Assembly: GCA_021818945.1 (NCBI GenBank)
Contig: JAKASV010000002.1
Coordinates: forward strand, 721-64,720
Length of the DNA: 64,000 nucleotides
Origin: a bacterium
GTDB lineage: Bacteria > Babelota > Babeliae > Babelales > Vermiphilaceae
Direction: 5' to 3'
The translations under genes were made by a program, and so were the position numbers. Within the stretch, counting starts at the first letter, position 1. The number at the start of each line of letters is the position of its first letter. The notes under the pieces were generated by a model. That model was not told the DNA's origin. It did not search any database and saw nothing but the letters and a program-made list of their open reading frames with translations. Positions 52,094 through 62,605 of the stretch are shown here, one piece after another.

Positions 52094-53887
52094 TCATTGA
52101 GGATCTGTCATTGCATTGTGATGGCTGAGCATCTCTACGATTGGTTCTTTTTGCTTTTTTGTAGTAGCGGCACTGGTTGCAGCGGCAACTATAGGCCTTG
52201 ATAATGCCTCTTGAATAAGTGGTTTGCGCGACCTTAAAGCTGCAATATGATCTACAATACGATCAGCATCGCGGAAATTATCAATGCATTTTTTACCTTG
52301 TGTTAGGCAACCCCATGCAGATGGCGCGATAAAATCTTGAACTTCTTGTCCGCTCACTGTAATACTGCCAAGCTTCAGGGCAGTGCTTTGTTGTGCTACC
52401 TGTAATGCATAATCAATAAGCGCTTTTGAAGAAGGTTCAGGAAATGCCACCAGCTTAAAACGGTTGGCAAGATGTTCATCAGTAATCTCTTTATTCGAAG
52501 CAATAATAACTAACATAGGAGAGAATGGTATATTGATTTCATCATCGCCAAAATATTTCGTCGAAATGCATGATTGAGCACCATTAAACACAATTTTTGC
52601 AGGGTCAACCATACCTGGATTATTGAGCCAGGTTGCCTCATCCATAAAGACAAGCGAGCCCAGTTTGTTTTCTTTGCATTGATTACGTAAGATATCGAGC
52701 ATAATGCCATGTTCTTTGTCAGCGCTACCTTGTAGTTTATTGGCAGACTCAAGATGTGCGGTGCGTTCAAGATGTACACTACCCGGGAAAAGCTCCTCTA
52801 TCCACTTATACAGGTTGTCAACAACAAAAAATGATTTTCCTCGGCCGTGTGAACCTTTCAGATACAGTGGCTTGGTTGGAGTATAACTTGATGGATTATG
52901 TGCCAAGGCATATAAAAACTCTCTGACAGTAGTCTTTATACCCTCTATATCCTCGAGTAAACTATCCTCGTAGCTTGCTACAAAGAATCCATCTATACGA
53001 TTGCATATTTCTTGTATAGCATCCTCTAAGCACATATCTCGAGCAATTCTTAACTGATTTTTCGGCTTGTAAATAGTTAGATCAAGGGCAAATTCAAGGT
53101 TATTCAAATGGGAACCTTGTGTCATCTGATTGGTACGTGCCATCATGAACTCTTCAATTATTTTTTCCCATAATCTTTGCGGGATAAAACACATATTTTT
53201 TGCAAAAAGTTCTTCGAGTCGATCCAATTTCTGAAATGGTGGATTTTTGAGGTGAAAGCAGGCACGTAATGCATCTTCACATCTGAATGCCATATTAAAA
53301 ACTGCATTGAGATAGCCAAAGCCTACTGCTTGACGACTGTCATCCTTTTTTTTCATATCATCGCTACTCATAAGTCTATTGAGACCAGCAGCAGCAGCTA
53401 GGGTTACCACGCCCGTGCCTACAAGATCCACAATAGGTTCGCTTATAGCCCACTTTCTTGCACTTTTAAGTTTGTCAAGACACGCTTTATAATATGCTTG
53501 CTCACGAGTCATGCGCACTGGCAATTCTTCTTCGCTTTTTTCTTTTTCTGGTTGAATGGCTATAAACTCTTGCTCTGGTGTAATAGGGACAGGGAAGATA
53601 AATACACGGTTCTTGGTACCGATCTGCTGGGCACTGGCCCCATGAGCCGCAACATTAACTATAACTGAGCCCTGCACCTGTTGTATTGCCGCCCCCAATA
53701 CATTGGGTGCGCAACCCCACTGCTCCATAACATCGGCAAATTCTTTATGGATTTCTGCCTGATCAAATGCTTTACGATAAGCCATATTAATCAGCGGATC
53801 TTGACGCCGATTGTCCCGCATGGCGAGCAAATTCGTCTGACAACAAATTACTAAAAGAGATAGGGAAAGTTTGCAAAAAATACGCAT
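52094..53887 (-). CDS. hypothetical P-loop NTPase with N-terminal signal peptide
   Basis: MRIFCKLSLSLLVICCQTNLLA. Walker A is LKGSHGRGKSF and Walker B is SLVFMDEATW. Confidence 0.5.
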   Translation of the reverse strand: MRIFCKLSLSLLVICCQTNLLAMRDNRRQDPLINMAYRKAFDQAEIHKEFADVMEQWGCAPNVLGAAIQQVQGSVIVNVAAHGASAQQIGTKNRVFIFPVPITPEQEFIAIQPEKEKSEEELPVRMTREQAYYKACLDKLKSARKWAISEPIVDLVGTGVVTLAAAAGLNRLMSSDDMKKKDDSRQAVGFGYLNAVFNMAFRCEDALRACFHLKNPPFQKLDRLEELFAKNMCFIPQRLWEKIIEEFMMARTNQMTQGSHLNNLEFALDLTIYKPKNQLRIARDMCLEDAIQEICNRIDGFFVASYEDSLLEDIEGIKTTVREFLYALAHNPSSYTPTKPLYLKGSHGRGKSFFVVDNLYKWIEELFPGSVHLERTAHLESANKLQGSADKEHGIMLDILRNQCKENKLGSLVFMDEATWLNNPGMVDPAKIVFNGAQSCISTKYFGDDEINIPFSPMLVIIASNKEITDEHLANRFKLVAFPEPSSKALIDYALQVAQQSTALKLGSITVSGQEVQDFIAPSAWGCLTQGKKCIDNFRDADRIVDHIAALRSRKPLIQEALSRPIVAAATSAATTKKQKEPIVEMLSHHNAMTDPQ

Positions 53888-54082
53888 AATAATCCTCTAA
53901 TTTCATAAAATTTTTGAAATATTTATATATATATTCAAATTATCATAAAAATTTAAATTGCCAAATCGAGTATTATTTCGCTTTTGTCCATTCACTACAA
54001 AAATAACCAGGGGCTCATATATGATAAAGCGAATGTGTTATTCAGATCATTAACAAAGGTCCAGTTTTGCTGGGAGACGCAA

Positions 54083-55585
54083 TTAAAATCCCATTCTTTG
54101 ACGCCTTTGTTGTTCATTATACCAAGCATTGCCAGCTGCACCTTCATATTGCCAGTAAGGCCCATGCTGCTGCTGATTTAGTAAATCGATAGGCGTTGTT
54201 TTAGGAATCTTAAGCAGATCTGATGACTCAGCTTTCCAGCGCTCATATGCTTCATGCTGAAGCAAACGTTGCCCCGTCCCCATGATATCAAGTTTGATAG
54301 GCTCGGCATGTTGAAAATGTTCAAATTGAGGCATCTTTAAAGCTGCTGATTTGTCTAGCCATTGTTGAACTGCTTCTGGTGAAAAAAGTTTTTCTGCTGT
54401 AATTTCAATTCCGGGCTGCTTTGATTCACCCGTATGACTTGTTACAGAACCAACCTCGAGCAAACCCTCTTGCACAGTATGCATAAGACCATGCTCACAG
54501 CTACCTTCTAATCCAGTTTCTAAATCATGTCTCATAGCTTTGACCACCCCTTCTAATGGAGCCGCTCCCACGTCAACACTCTGCAAAATTTTAAAGCTAC
54601 CCAAGTTAATATGTCCAAGCTCGTTTATCACAGATGTAAATTCAGCACTTGAAAGTGCGGCAGCTGCAAGCAAGATGCTCAAATGTATGGCCTGTTGCTC
54701 AGTTAATGTGCGATCTAATTTCATTAGCTGAATAGCAGATTTATCGATAGCAGATTGAACGAAACTTTCAATCTGTTTGCCAGCTATCGCATGTACGGCT
54801 TGCCCAACTACAAAACCACGCAGCTCATCTGTCAGCCCTTTTCCTAACCCGTAGAGCGCCCCTGGAATAGCACCTTCGCCCCCAGTGGGTGCAGTACATA
54901 TGCCGCCAGCTATACCTGCGGCGACAGTTTTAGCAGCAACCATACCTGCGGACATCGCTAGGCTTGCTTCGACCGGATGTTTAGTTTCGTATTCATGATA
55001 ATTATGCAATAACACACCTGTTTTATCTGCCAAACCGCCCAATTTACCTTCAAATTTACCTTCAAGAGTAATGTGTTGCGCAGACTGAGAAAGTAACCGT
55101 GTCATTCCTACAACAGCACCTGCTCCGGGTAGAAAAAGTGGAGACGCTGACGCTGCCACGCTTGCTACCTGTTGCAACACGCTATCAGATTTTTCGTCCG
55201 CTGCATAAGCTGTTGGAGTAATTAAAGACATGAGGATTATCAATACGAGTGCACGGTTTGCTGGAGATATACTTGATATTACATGATAAGAACGCGCGCT
55301 TTGATCTTGCGGTGGTGTAAACAATGCATGAACCTCGGCAGTAGATAAGCTGAAAGAATCTTCTGATTTTGGTCGAACAGTACTATGAGATTCTTTCACT
55401 CTTGTTGCACGAGCCACCATGCCTGCTTGCCGCCGCGTCTGTGCCATAGCTATTCGACAAGCTTGTCTTGCTTCTTTTCTTGTTTGTCCGGTCCTGCCCG
55501 CATTCATAATTCCGGGTGTATTTATACAAAAAGCAACAATCAATAACAATAATTCTATCTTTTTCATGAGCAACTCACTTCGCAT
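54083..55585 (-). CDS. hypothetical exported protein (SP, basic region, TM, Gly/Ala-rich domain)
   Basis: It has a signal-like N-terminus, a basic stretch (RKEARQACRIAMAQTRRQAG), a second hydrophobic segment (LVLIILMSLITPTAYAA) and G/A-rich helices. Confidence 0.45.
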   Translation of the reverse strand: MRSELLMKKIELLLLIVAFCINTPGIMNAGRTGQTRKEARQACRIAMAQTRRQAGMVARATRVKESHSTVRPKSEDSFSLSTAEVHALFTPPQDQSARSYHVISSISPANRALVLIILMSLITPTAYAADEKSDSVLQQVASVAASASPLFLPGAGAVVGMTRLLSQSAQHITLEGKFEGKLGGLADKTGVLLHNYHEYETKHPVEASLAMSAGMVAAKTVAAGIAGGICTAPTGGEGAIPGALYGLGKGLTDELRGFVVGQAVHAIAGKQIESFVQSAIDKSAIQLMKLDRTLTEQQAIHLSILLAAAALSSAEFTSVINELGHINLGSFKILQSVDVGAAPLEGVVKAMRHDLETGLEGSCEHGLMHTVQEGLLEVGSVTSHTGESKQPGIEITAEKLFSPEAVQQWLDKSAALKMPQFEHFQHAEPIKLDIMGTGQRLLQHEAYERWKAESSDLLKIPKTTPIDLLNQQQHGPYWQYEGAAGNAWYNEQQRRQRMGF

Positions 55586-55683
55586 TGTTTTGTAACATCT
55601 CTATCTCAATTGCTAAACCCATATGTTGTACCAAAAATTTTCTCGCATCTAAACTGATTCTAAATCCCTTCTTTAAATGATTA

Positions 55684-56898
55684 TTAGAGACCAGTTTGAC
55701 GCTCATTTACGCGTTTATTGTGCTTTTCAATTAAAGCCCTGGCATCGGCAATTGCTTGATCCATTTCTTTCAAAAAATATGCTGCAGTAATATATGCGGC
55801 CGAAGGACGCGTAGAATCACATATTATTGCAGGAGTTTCAGGTATAACTATTGTTCCTAGCACTTCAGGATGTTCAGCAACGCCCTGTCGCCATCGGACA
55901 AAGACATCCCTATTGATGTCAATATCCTGTACCAGTCCAGCGCACTGAGCCACAACCGCACTATCTTCCTGAGTTATAAGTTTGTTATACTCCTGTATGC
56001 GCCAGTCAAGTTCATCATGCTTTTGTTCCAACCGTTTCAAAAAATCCACACCTATCTGGAGCATAGAGGGACAAAGCAATTCTAGGTGACTTGGGAAAAT
56101 TACAGTTCCAATCTGATCTTTGTACTTATCAGCTACTTCCCTCAATTTGTCGTAATACTCTTTATGACTTGAAATAAAATTAGCTATTTTTGCACAATAT
56201 GAGTCTCTCTCCTGATCCGTGTGTGCATTAAAATCGCGTATACGCTGATTGACTTCATCAATCTTTTGCTGCATTGCTTCCAAAAAGTCCTTACCCTTGC
56301 GGTACCACTCATTAGCATGATCAACTTGCCAATGGAAACTACATGGCCAGGGAGGACAGTTCATTTCTAAAGTCGCGGGAAAAGTTATTGGTCCACGCCC
56401 ATCCAGCGCAGCAATCTCCTGGGCTGCACTTCTTGCAGAATCAAAAACAGGCATATTCCTGTTGATGTGATTCTGTTCAGCGTGACATAGATCGCACCAG
56501 GTTTGGCTGGAAGCCAATTGGGCCATTAGAAATAGTGAGAATACCCATGCAACGGTAACCGGGCGCCCGCTTGGCATGCTAAATCGTAGTCTTGAACTAG
56601 TCTGACTTGGCCTTTCTCGACCAGCACTAGGAACACTTGCTTGTGCTAATATTGGATCATAGACAGGAGCAACTACGTGATGCTCATGAGGATTCTGTGC
56701 AGAAGCTTTTTTGGCAAGTATCAGCTCCCATGCCTGCTGTTTGCGTTGCTGGACACGATCTAGACCTAGTCGCATACTCTTTTTTGAGGCTTTTGCCATG
56801 TACTTGCCAGCCTTGCCACCAGGATGGCCTACGAGCAACGGTAATCCGACTATTAGACAGCAACAAAATAAAGCTATAGAGTTTATCAACTTCATCAA
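55684..56898 (-). CDS. hypothetical exported protein, paralog family member with three internal ~80-aa repeats
   Basis: The N-terminus GHPGGKAGKYMAKASKKSMRLGLDRVQQRKQQAWELILAKKA is shared with 56939..59047. The repeats begin ITFPATLEMNCPP.., VIFPSHLELLCPS.. and IVIPETPAIICDS... Confidence 0.5.
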   Translation of the reverse strand: MMKLINSIALFCCCLIVGLPLLVGHPGGKAGKYMAKASKKSMRLGLDRVQQRKQQAWELILAKKASAQNPHEHHVVAPVYDPILAQASVPSAGRERPSQTSSRLRFSMPSGRPVTVAWVFSLFLMAQLASSQTWCDLCHAEQNHINRNMPVFDSARSAAQEIAALDGRGPITFPATLEMNCPPWPCSFHWQVDHANEWYRKGKDFLEAMQQKIDEVNQRIRDFNAHTDQERDSYCAKIANFISSHKEYYDKLREVADKYKDQIGTVIFPSHLELLCPSMLQIGVDFLKRLEQKHDELDWRIQEYNKLITQEDSAVVAQCAGLVQDIDINRDVFVRWRQGVAEHPEVLGTIVIPETPAIICDSTRPSAAYITAAYFLKEMDQAIADARALIEKHNKRVNERQTGL

Positions 56899-56938
56899 AT
56901 ATCCTTTGTGTTTAAACGATAAATACTTATCACCGTTA

Positions 56939-59047
56939 TTATGATGTAAATTCCCTTTTGAATGCTGTTAAATCAGCGTCTACAAACTCTCCTGCATCAG
57001 TCAGATACAGACCTCGTCGTGAATCTGTTTCCTGATCTTCTGTAGGTCTAAATCTAAATTCTACTGTATCTCGCGTAATCCATGTTGGCATATGACTGAT
57101 TTTAATGACCGCGTCACCGTGAGCACTTGTTGGCAAATAAGTAATCTGAGTTCCGTCATCAAGAGTCAATGAATAGCGCTTAGCATGATCATCGTAACTA
57201 TAAGACTCTTCAATTTTGTTGCCTCGAGCAAGAAACTGAAAAACAAGTGTTGCCAATTCTTGGCCGCCATCTATGGATCTGATCAGCGGATTAACCGGTC
57301 CATCACCCACATATGGCCGTCCGGCGTACTCGCCCTGCAACATAAAAAACCTACGCAGATCTTGAGCCGAATCGACTCGAACGAGCATATCTTTTAAACG
57401 TATCTCTTGATACATAAAATCAGTTTTTGCTCCTCCAAGAGCTGCGGCAACTGCATCGCTGATTCCACATATCCCTTGCGGTGAACACAAAATTCGTGAG
57501 CCTGGTATGAAAGGAGGAGAAATTTTTTGCTGATGCTCGCACGGCATGTCGAACAGCACTCCAAGAGGCCGAGGCTTCTTAGTACGTATCAAGTCAATAA
57601 CAAGAGGCTTAATAGCTTCCAGATCGTATCCTACAGCAGATCCAGCATATAAAAGTCCGTGACTCAGTTCGTTAAGCCTTGCCTTCAAGTGAGTAAAACC
57701 ATACCCATCTTTTTTGGCAATATTGAGCAACCATTCAAGCTCAGAAGCTAGATATTCAGCGGTTACAGGACCTTTTATGGTTTCTGAGACCCAAACTATA
57801 TGCTTTTTTAAGTTGGCTACTTCAGACTCTGATAATCCTGAACCAAAATATACATCGAAGCCAAACCCATCTTTTCCATTTTTAAAATCAAACTTTTTAA
57901 AATAAGTAAGCAGGATCTTGATGAGCTCTTTAACAAGATTAACATATTCGTCATGCGAACGCATCAGTTTAAGAAATCCTTTTTTTGTTCCGACATTACT
58001 GTGCATCTGTACTATATCTCTATCTCCTGGCTCTTCAGAGTCTAACTGCACGTTAACTTGACTAGAAGCAACCTTGCTCGCATAATCTTCAGCGATAGCA
58101 CCCAGTAGCACTAATGGATCAGCATCAAATTCCGCGTCCGGTCTTGACAGGTATTTATCTGGATCCTTCAAAAACGAATCAAAGGATCTTTGGCAATCGG
58201 GATTCAAATGATGGTACTGTCCACCCATATACGTCTCAATCTTCATCAAACGTTCATAGCGCTCAACTTTTTTGTGATGTTCGGCTATGCGTCTATTTTG
58301 CTCATCAATTTGAGGTTGGATTTTTTTATTATGTTCTTCTATGCGCTGGTTAAGCTCTTTATATTTGGCACAAGATGCATCCAAAAATGCTCTGCCTTTA
58401 TGGTACCAATCCCATGAATGATCGATACGCCAATGGAAGTTTAAGTCCGGAGGGCAAGCCATTTCAATAGTAGGAGGAAAATCGATTACACCACGTCCAT
58501 CGAACTCATGAATTTTGCGCCCCTGCTGGTGAATTTCTTCAAAAGTTCCTCTATTATGATTGATATATTGTGTCATTTGCTGACATACTCGCCATGCATC
58601 CCCTCCTGTTACTGGTACATCGAATGAATCACAAAAAGCAGCACAAGGAGTTATGCAGAGCAACGTAATAAATGCCATTAAAGCTAGGTTATGGTTTTTG
58701 GTTACAAATGTGTGTCTATGAAGCGGCTTGCTCTTGCTTGTGTATTCTTGCTCAGTCATTTTCTCAGCTGATTTGGTTGGTATTGGGAAAGTAAATGTGC
58801 GAGTTAAAGTTGGAACTACAGCCTTCTGTTCCTGTTGCTCGTAAGCCTTTTGTGCATGAGCTTTTTTTGCCATAATCATTTCCCATGCATCTTGCTTACG
58901 CTGTTGGGCTCTATCGGGCCCTATTCGCATGCTCTTTCTTGAATCTTTTGCCATGTACTTGCCAGTCTTGTCACCAGGATGGCCTGCACACAATGGTAAT
59001 CCGACTATTAAAGCAAAACCTAATGCACTCTTATTTTTCAACATCAT
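56939..59047 (-). CDS. hypothetical exported protein, paralog with one repeat unit and a unique ~430-aa C-terminal region
   Basis: GHPGDKTGKYMAKDSRKSMRIGPDRAQQRKQDAWEMIMAKKA, and IDFPPTIEMACPPDLNFHWRIDHSWDWYHKGRAFLD. Confidence 0.5.
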   Translation of the reverse strand: MMLKNKSALGFALIVGLPLCAGHPGDKTGKYMAKDSRKSMRIGPDRAQQRKQDAWEMIMAKKAHAQKAYEQQEQKAVVPTLTRTFTFPIPTKSAEKMTEQEYTSKSKPLHRHTFVTKNHNLALMAFITLLCITPCAAFCDSFDVPVTGGDAWRVCQQMTQYINHNRGTFEEIHQQGRKIHEFDGRGVIDFPPTIEMACPPDLNFHWRIDHSWDWYHKGRAFLDASCAKYKELNQRIEEHNKKIQPQIDEQNRRIAEHHKKVERYERLMKIETYMGGQYHHLNPDCQRSFDSFLKDPDKYLSRPDAEFDADPLVLLGAIAEDYASKVASSQVNVQLDSEEPGDRDIVQMHSNVGTKKGFLKLMRSHDEYVNLVKELIKILLTYFKKFDFKNGKDGFGFDVYFGSGLSESEVANLKKHIVWVSETIKGPVTAEYLASELEWLLNIAKKDGYGFTHLKARLNELSHGLLYAGSAVGYDLEAIKPLVIDLIRTKKPRPLGVLFDMPCEHQQKISPPFIPGSRILCSPQGICGISDAVAAALGGAKTDFMYQEIRLKDMLVRVDSAQDLRRFFMLQGEYAGRPYVGDGPVNPLIRSIDGGQELATLVFQFLARGNKIEESYSYDDHAKRYSLTLDDGTQITYLPTSAHGDAVIKISHMPTWITRDTVEFRFRPTEDQETDSRRGLYLTDAGEFVDADLTAFKREFTS

Positions 59048-59230
59048 CTGTCCTTAGTAATTACTGATTGTAAATAATATAACAATAATTACACATGCAA
59101 TTAGAATAACTAATATCAAAAATTTGTCAACTGCTACTTTTATTATTATTTCATAGTCAAAAAATCTTTTAGACTAATGTATACGTATTGATCATTGATA
59201 GTTCACGGCAAAGAGCTTATTGTTGCCTGA

Positions 59231-60283
59231 TCAGGAGTCAAGCTTAGTAGCCGTTATAGGCAATCTCTGTGTTAAACCTGGCATGGATTCTTCCTCACTC
59301 TTAACATGTTCAGCATCACCAATGCTATCTGCCAGCTTGCGATCCTGGGTATCTGCTTGCGAAGAAAGCGAACTTCGATGCGCAATTTGAGTAACGATCG
59401 CAGCAGCTTCATGAGGCAAACTAGCCCGTATGCGCATACGGGCCAAAGCTTCCGCCCTACCTCTATCAGCTGCAACAGAATCCAGATATTGAATAATAAC
59501 TGGATTTAACGTTAGTTGGCTAGGCATTCTACCACTATTATCTTTCACACTAATATCGGCCCAATTTTCTACCAGAAATTTGACCATTTCGAAGTTATTG
59601 ATAAGTACCGCAATATGTAGTGGGGTATTACCATTCAGATCCTGAGCATTGATATCAGCATTGTGATCTATCAGGAGGCGGGCAGCTGCAATATTGCCAT
59701 ACTGTGCGGCAAAATACAAAGCTGTATGGCCACTTCCGTCTATTGCATGAACGCGAGCACCGTTGTCTATGAGTATCTGAGCAACGTCAATATTTTCTCG
59801 TGCCGCAAGATGGAGCGGAGTTAGCAGGCCAGAATTATTTGTCCTATATAACTCTATTAAACCATACCAAGAGTCAGTTTTTGCATTCACGTCAGCACCA
59901 TGTTTAATGAGCAATCGGGCAATGTCTTCAGCCCCGCTTGATGCTGCCGCATGTAAAGCTGTAAAACCGTCGTAATCACGCAGGTTAACCTGAGCATGCC
60001 GGGATAAAAGGAACTGTACAACAGCAATTTGCTTACCTAAAGTTGCATGGTATAAGGGGGGATGATCTTCCGCAGAAATAAATCCAAAAACCTTATAACC
60101 GCGGGTATCGACATCTGTACCACTATCAAGCAATTCTTGCACACGTGCAACATCACCATCATAGGCTGCATCAAAAATATTCTTCTTGAACCATGACATG
60201 CCGTATAATGAACAACAATATAGAGAGAAGATTAATAATGCTGCATTAAATCTTTTGTAATCCATAAAACTCCTATAACTCAA
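59231..60283 (-). CDS. ankyrin-repeat protein with N-terminal signal anchor
   Basis: Multiple G.T.LH.AA....(I/V)...L(I/L)..GA.(V/I)N repeats. Confidence 0.85.
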   Translation of the reverse strand: MSYRSFMDYKRFNAALLIFSLYCCSLYGMSWFKKNIFDAAYDGDVARVQELLDSGTDVDTRGYKVFGFISAEDHPPLYHATLGKQIAVVQFLLSRHAQVNLRDYDGFTALHAAASSGAEDIARLLIKHGADVNAKTDSWYGLIELYRTNNSGLLTPLHLAARENIDVAQILIDNGARVHAIDGSGHTALYFAAQYGNIAAARLLIDHNADINAQDLNGNTPLHIAVLINNFEMVKFLVENWADISVKDNSGRMPSQLTLNPVIIQYLDSVAADRGRAEALARMRIRASLPHEAAAIVTQIAHRSSLSSQADTQDRKLADSIGDAEHVKSEEESMPGLTQRLPITATKLDS

Positions 60284-60499
60284 AAAAAATTAATAATTTT
60301 TATATGCATACTCATTTTGGTAGAAACAATAAATTTTACAACTATTATCTTTAAAGCTCATGGATTTAATTCTATATGTATCTTCATATCGCTTAAATTC
60401 TTATAGTTTATGACTTATCGATGCAATGAACTATTATTTTTGAATTTGGCATGATATATTTTTAAGATATAAAAATTCTTTTGCATTGAAAGTCAAACC

Positions 60500-60793
60500 A
60501 TGACCCTTGAAGATACCTATAAAAAAATATTAATAGATATAATCGATAAGCGAATTTCTGGTTGTAAAATATGGTTATTTGGTTCGCGAGCTCGTAAAAC
60601 CCATAAATCAGGAGCTGATATCGACATTGCTCTTGATGCAGATCGAATATTAACAGCACAAGAGATCTTTGATATTCAGGAGGCTATTGAGATATCACCA
60701 TTGCCAGTTTTTGTTGATATTGTTGATATTCATAATGTCTCTGAAGATTTTTTAAATCAGATTGCAAAGGATTGGGTTATATGGAAACAATAG
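60500..60793 (+). CDS. minimal nucleotidyltransferase (MNT), second copy
   Basis: LFGSRARKTHKSGADIDIAL. It is the same length (97 aa) as 45980..46273. Confidence 0.8.
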   Translation: MTLEDTYKKILIDIIDKRISGCKIWLFGSRARKTHKSGADIDIALDADRILTAQEIFDIQEAIEISPLPVFVDIVDIHNVSEDFLNQIAKDWVIWKQ

Positions 60794-61224
60794 AAAAAAA
60801 GTACGATAACGTAAAAAAAGCCTTACAAAGACTTGGTGAGTCGCTTTCATATTTTACTCATGCAAAAGAGAAGCATCTTAAGTTACAATTGAGTTCTGAT
60901 GAAGATATTGAATATACTGTAGCGCGAGATTCGATCGTGCAACGCTTTGAATTTTCTGTTGAATTATTTTGGAAATATCTTCGTTTATATCTCGAAGAAC
61001 ATGAAAAAGTTGAACTCGAGGAAAACACACCGCGCGCTGTAATTAGGTCAGGCTGTCAAGCACGCATTTTAACAGAAGAGCAAGCAAATAGTTGTATGAG
61101 AATGATTGCAAGTCGAAATTTAACCTGTCATATATATAAAGAAGAAATAGCAGAGCAATTGGCTCGCGATATTCCGCAACATTGGACTCTTTTAAAAGAA
61201 TTAGTTGCTCGTATACAACCATAG
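60772..61224 (+). CDS. HEPN (HI0074-family) partner, second copy
   Basis: DSIVQRFEFSVELFWKYLR and ASRNLTCHIY (Rx4H). Confidence 0.8.
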   Translation: MGYMETIEKKYDNVKKALQRLGESLSYFTHAKEKHLKLQLSSDEDIEYTVARDSIVQRFEFSVELFWKYLRLYLEEHEKVELEENTPRAVIRSGCQARILTEEQANSCMRMIASRNLTCHIYKEEIAEQLARDIPQHWTLLKELVARIQP

Positions 61225-61555
61225 CTTTTTTGGGTTATTTTTTTTGCACTCAACCCGTTCTCCATACACATCTTGAACGATGGTACAACCTTCTCCCAGC
61301 ATTCTCTTCTTCTCGGCTTCTAATGTCCCCTCGCCAAATATTTGAGCGCGAACCTGGCCTCCTTCAGTCATTTGTCTTATTTGTTCTTCTAGGTCGGCGT
61401 CGCTTTGCGCAGCAGTTTTAGGCTTTTTCTGCTTTTCCTGAGCTTTCTTTAATGCAGCTCTAAACTTTGCCTTAAGTTCTTGCTCGGCCCGTTCCCTTTC
61501 GACATGCCGTCACATAGCCAGGACTTTGCCCTGATAAGGTGTAGTTAGATTTCAA

Positions 61556-61852
61556 TTGACAAAAGCTGTCATTGATAGTCTTCTTTTTAAAAGAGTAAAA
61601 ACTTATAACAGACGCTGGCCAATCGACAAATCTTTTCGTTCGCAAAAACAATATCTTGGTTTAACTGAGTGCCAAATGTGTAGCGCAGGCAAACAGACTT
61701 TTCACATATTCAATGTCTTTCTTGTCTACTCATTGGCAACTCTTGAGAAAATTGCCAATGATACAAATTCAGTCGAAAACATTTTAAACGCCTGGAGATT
61801 TTCAAAAAAAATTCAAAATTTTGACGATAATAACGATTTGGCCAATACTTAG
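61556..61852 (+). pseudogene. DDE transposase C-terminal fragment (IS4/IS5-like)
   Basis: YNRRWPIDKSFRSQKQYLGL..HIFNVFLVYSL resembles the Y..RW.IE..F...K motif at the C-terminus of IS4-type transposases. Confidence 0.45.
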
Positions 61853-62111
61853 GCTTCTAGGTCAGAGTCCTGATAGGCTGTTTTCTTTTATCTCTCAGAA
61901 TTGGCGAGCCAAACCTCTTTTGGATTTAGTCACCATTGTTAATCTGATTGGAAATACTCGTACAAATGCTGGGTTAAAAGTTTGCTGCGAAATTGATGGA
62001 AATACTTACCCAATCGGCATCAAAGTTATTAACAAAGAAGTTGACAGTTTGAATATTGTTCGGGATGAATTTCACGGAGATTGGAACTACACCATTAAGC
62101 CTCAAATATAA
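61821..62111 (+). pseudogene. ISAzo13-like transposase fragment (internally deleted)
   Basis: RLFSFISQNWRAKPL..GLKVCCEIDGNTYPIGIKV..RDEFHGDWNYTIKP is the characteristic C-terminus of the family. Confidence 0.6.
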
Positions 62112-62284
62112 CTTTTATTTAATTACAGGCCATATGTATGAACACTACAAAAGAGCAGTTTCATATTTAATCTGATTTTCGCATAATACAGTCAAACGAA
62201 AAAAGGTTGAAAGAGAAATTGAGGAAGTAAAATAAGGTATGATATACTTTTGTTGGTATAACTTATTTTTGATGAAAGATAAAA

Positions 62285-62605
62285 ATGGTAAGCAAAGAAC
62301 TCATAGAGGATGTTAAAAACCGCTTAGTGAAGACTTATAATCCTGTAGCTATTTATCTTTTTGGATCATATGCCTGGGGCGCCCCTACTGAAGATAGTGA
62401 TTTGGATTTGTTGATCGTGGTCGATGAGTCACATGAAAAAACATATGAACGGCCTCGTCATGGGCAGCGTGCTTTATTCGGGATGGGAATATCGAAAGAT
62501 ATGATTGTGTACACCAAAGATGAATTTGAAAAATATGCGAATGATGTAACGAGTTTATGTTATAAAATCAAAAGATTTGGAAAGATGATTTATGCCCGCG
62601 CATGA
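62285..62605 (+). CDS. nucleotidyltransferase-domain protein (MNT-type), third pair
   Basis: YLFGSYAWGAPTEDSDLDLLIV. Confidence 0.8.
   Translation: MVSKELIEDVKNRLVKTYNPVAIYLFGSYAWGAPTEDSDLDLLIVVDESHEKTYERPRHGQRALFGMGISKDMIVYTKDEFEKYANDVTSLCYKIKRFGKMIYARA

Noticed and set aside
61201-61510. A minus-strand open frame (..ERERAEQELKAKF..MTEGGQVRAQIFGEGTLEAEKKRMLGEGCTIVQDVYGERVECKK..) overlapping the 3' end of the HEPN gene.
   Set aside because: It has no start codon giving 60 aa or more, no SD sequence and no family I can recognise. It is probably a remnant or chance frame.
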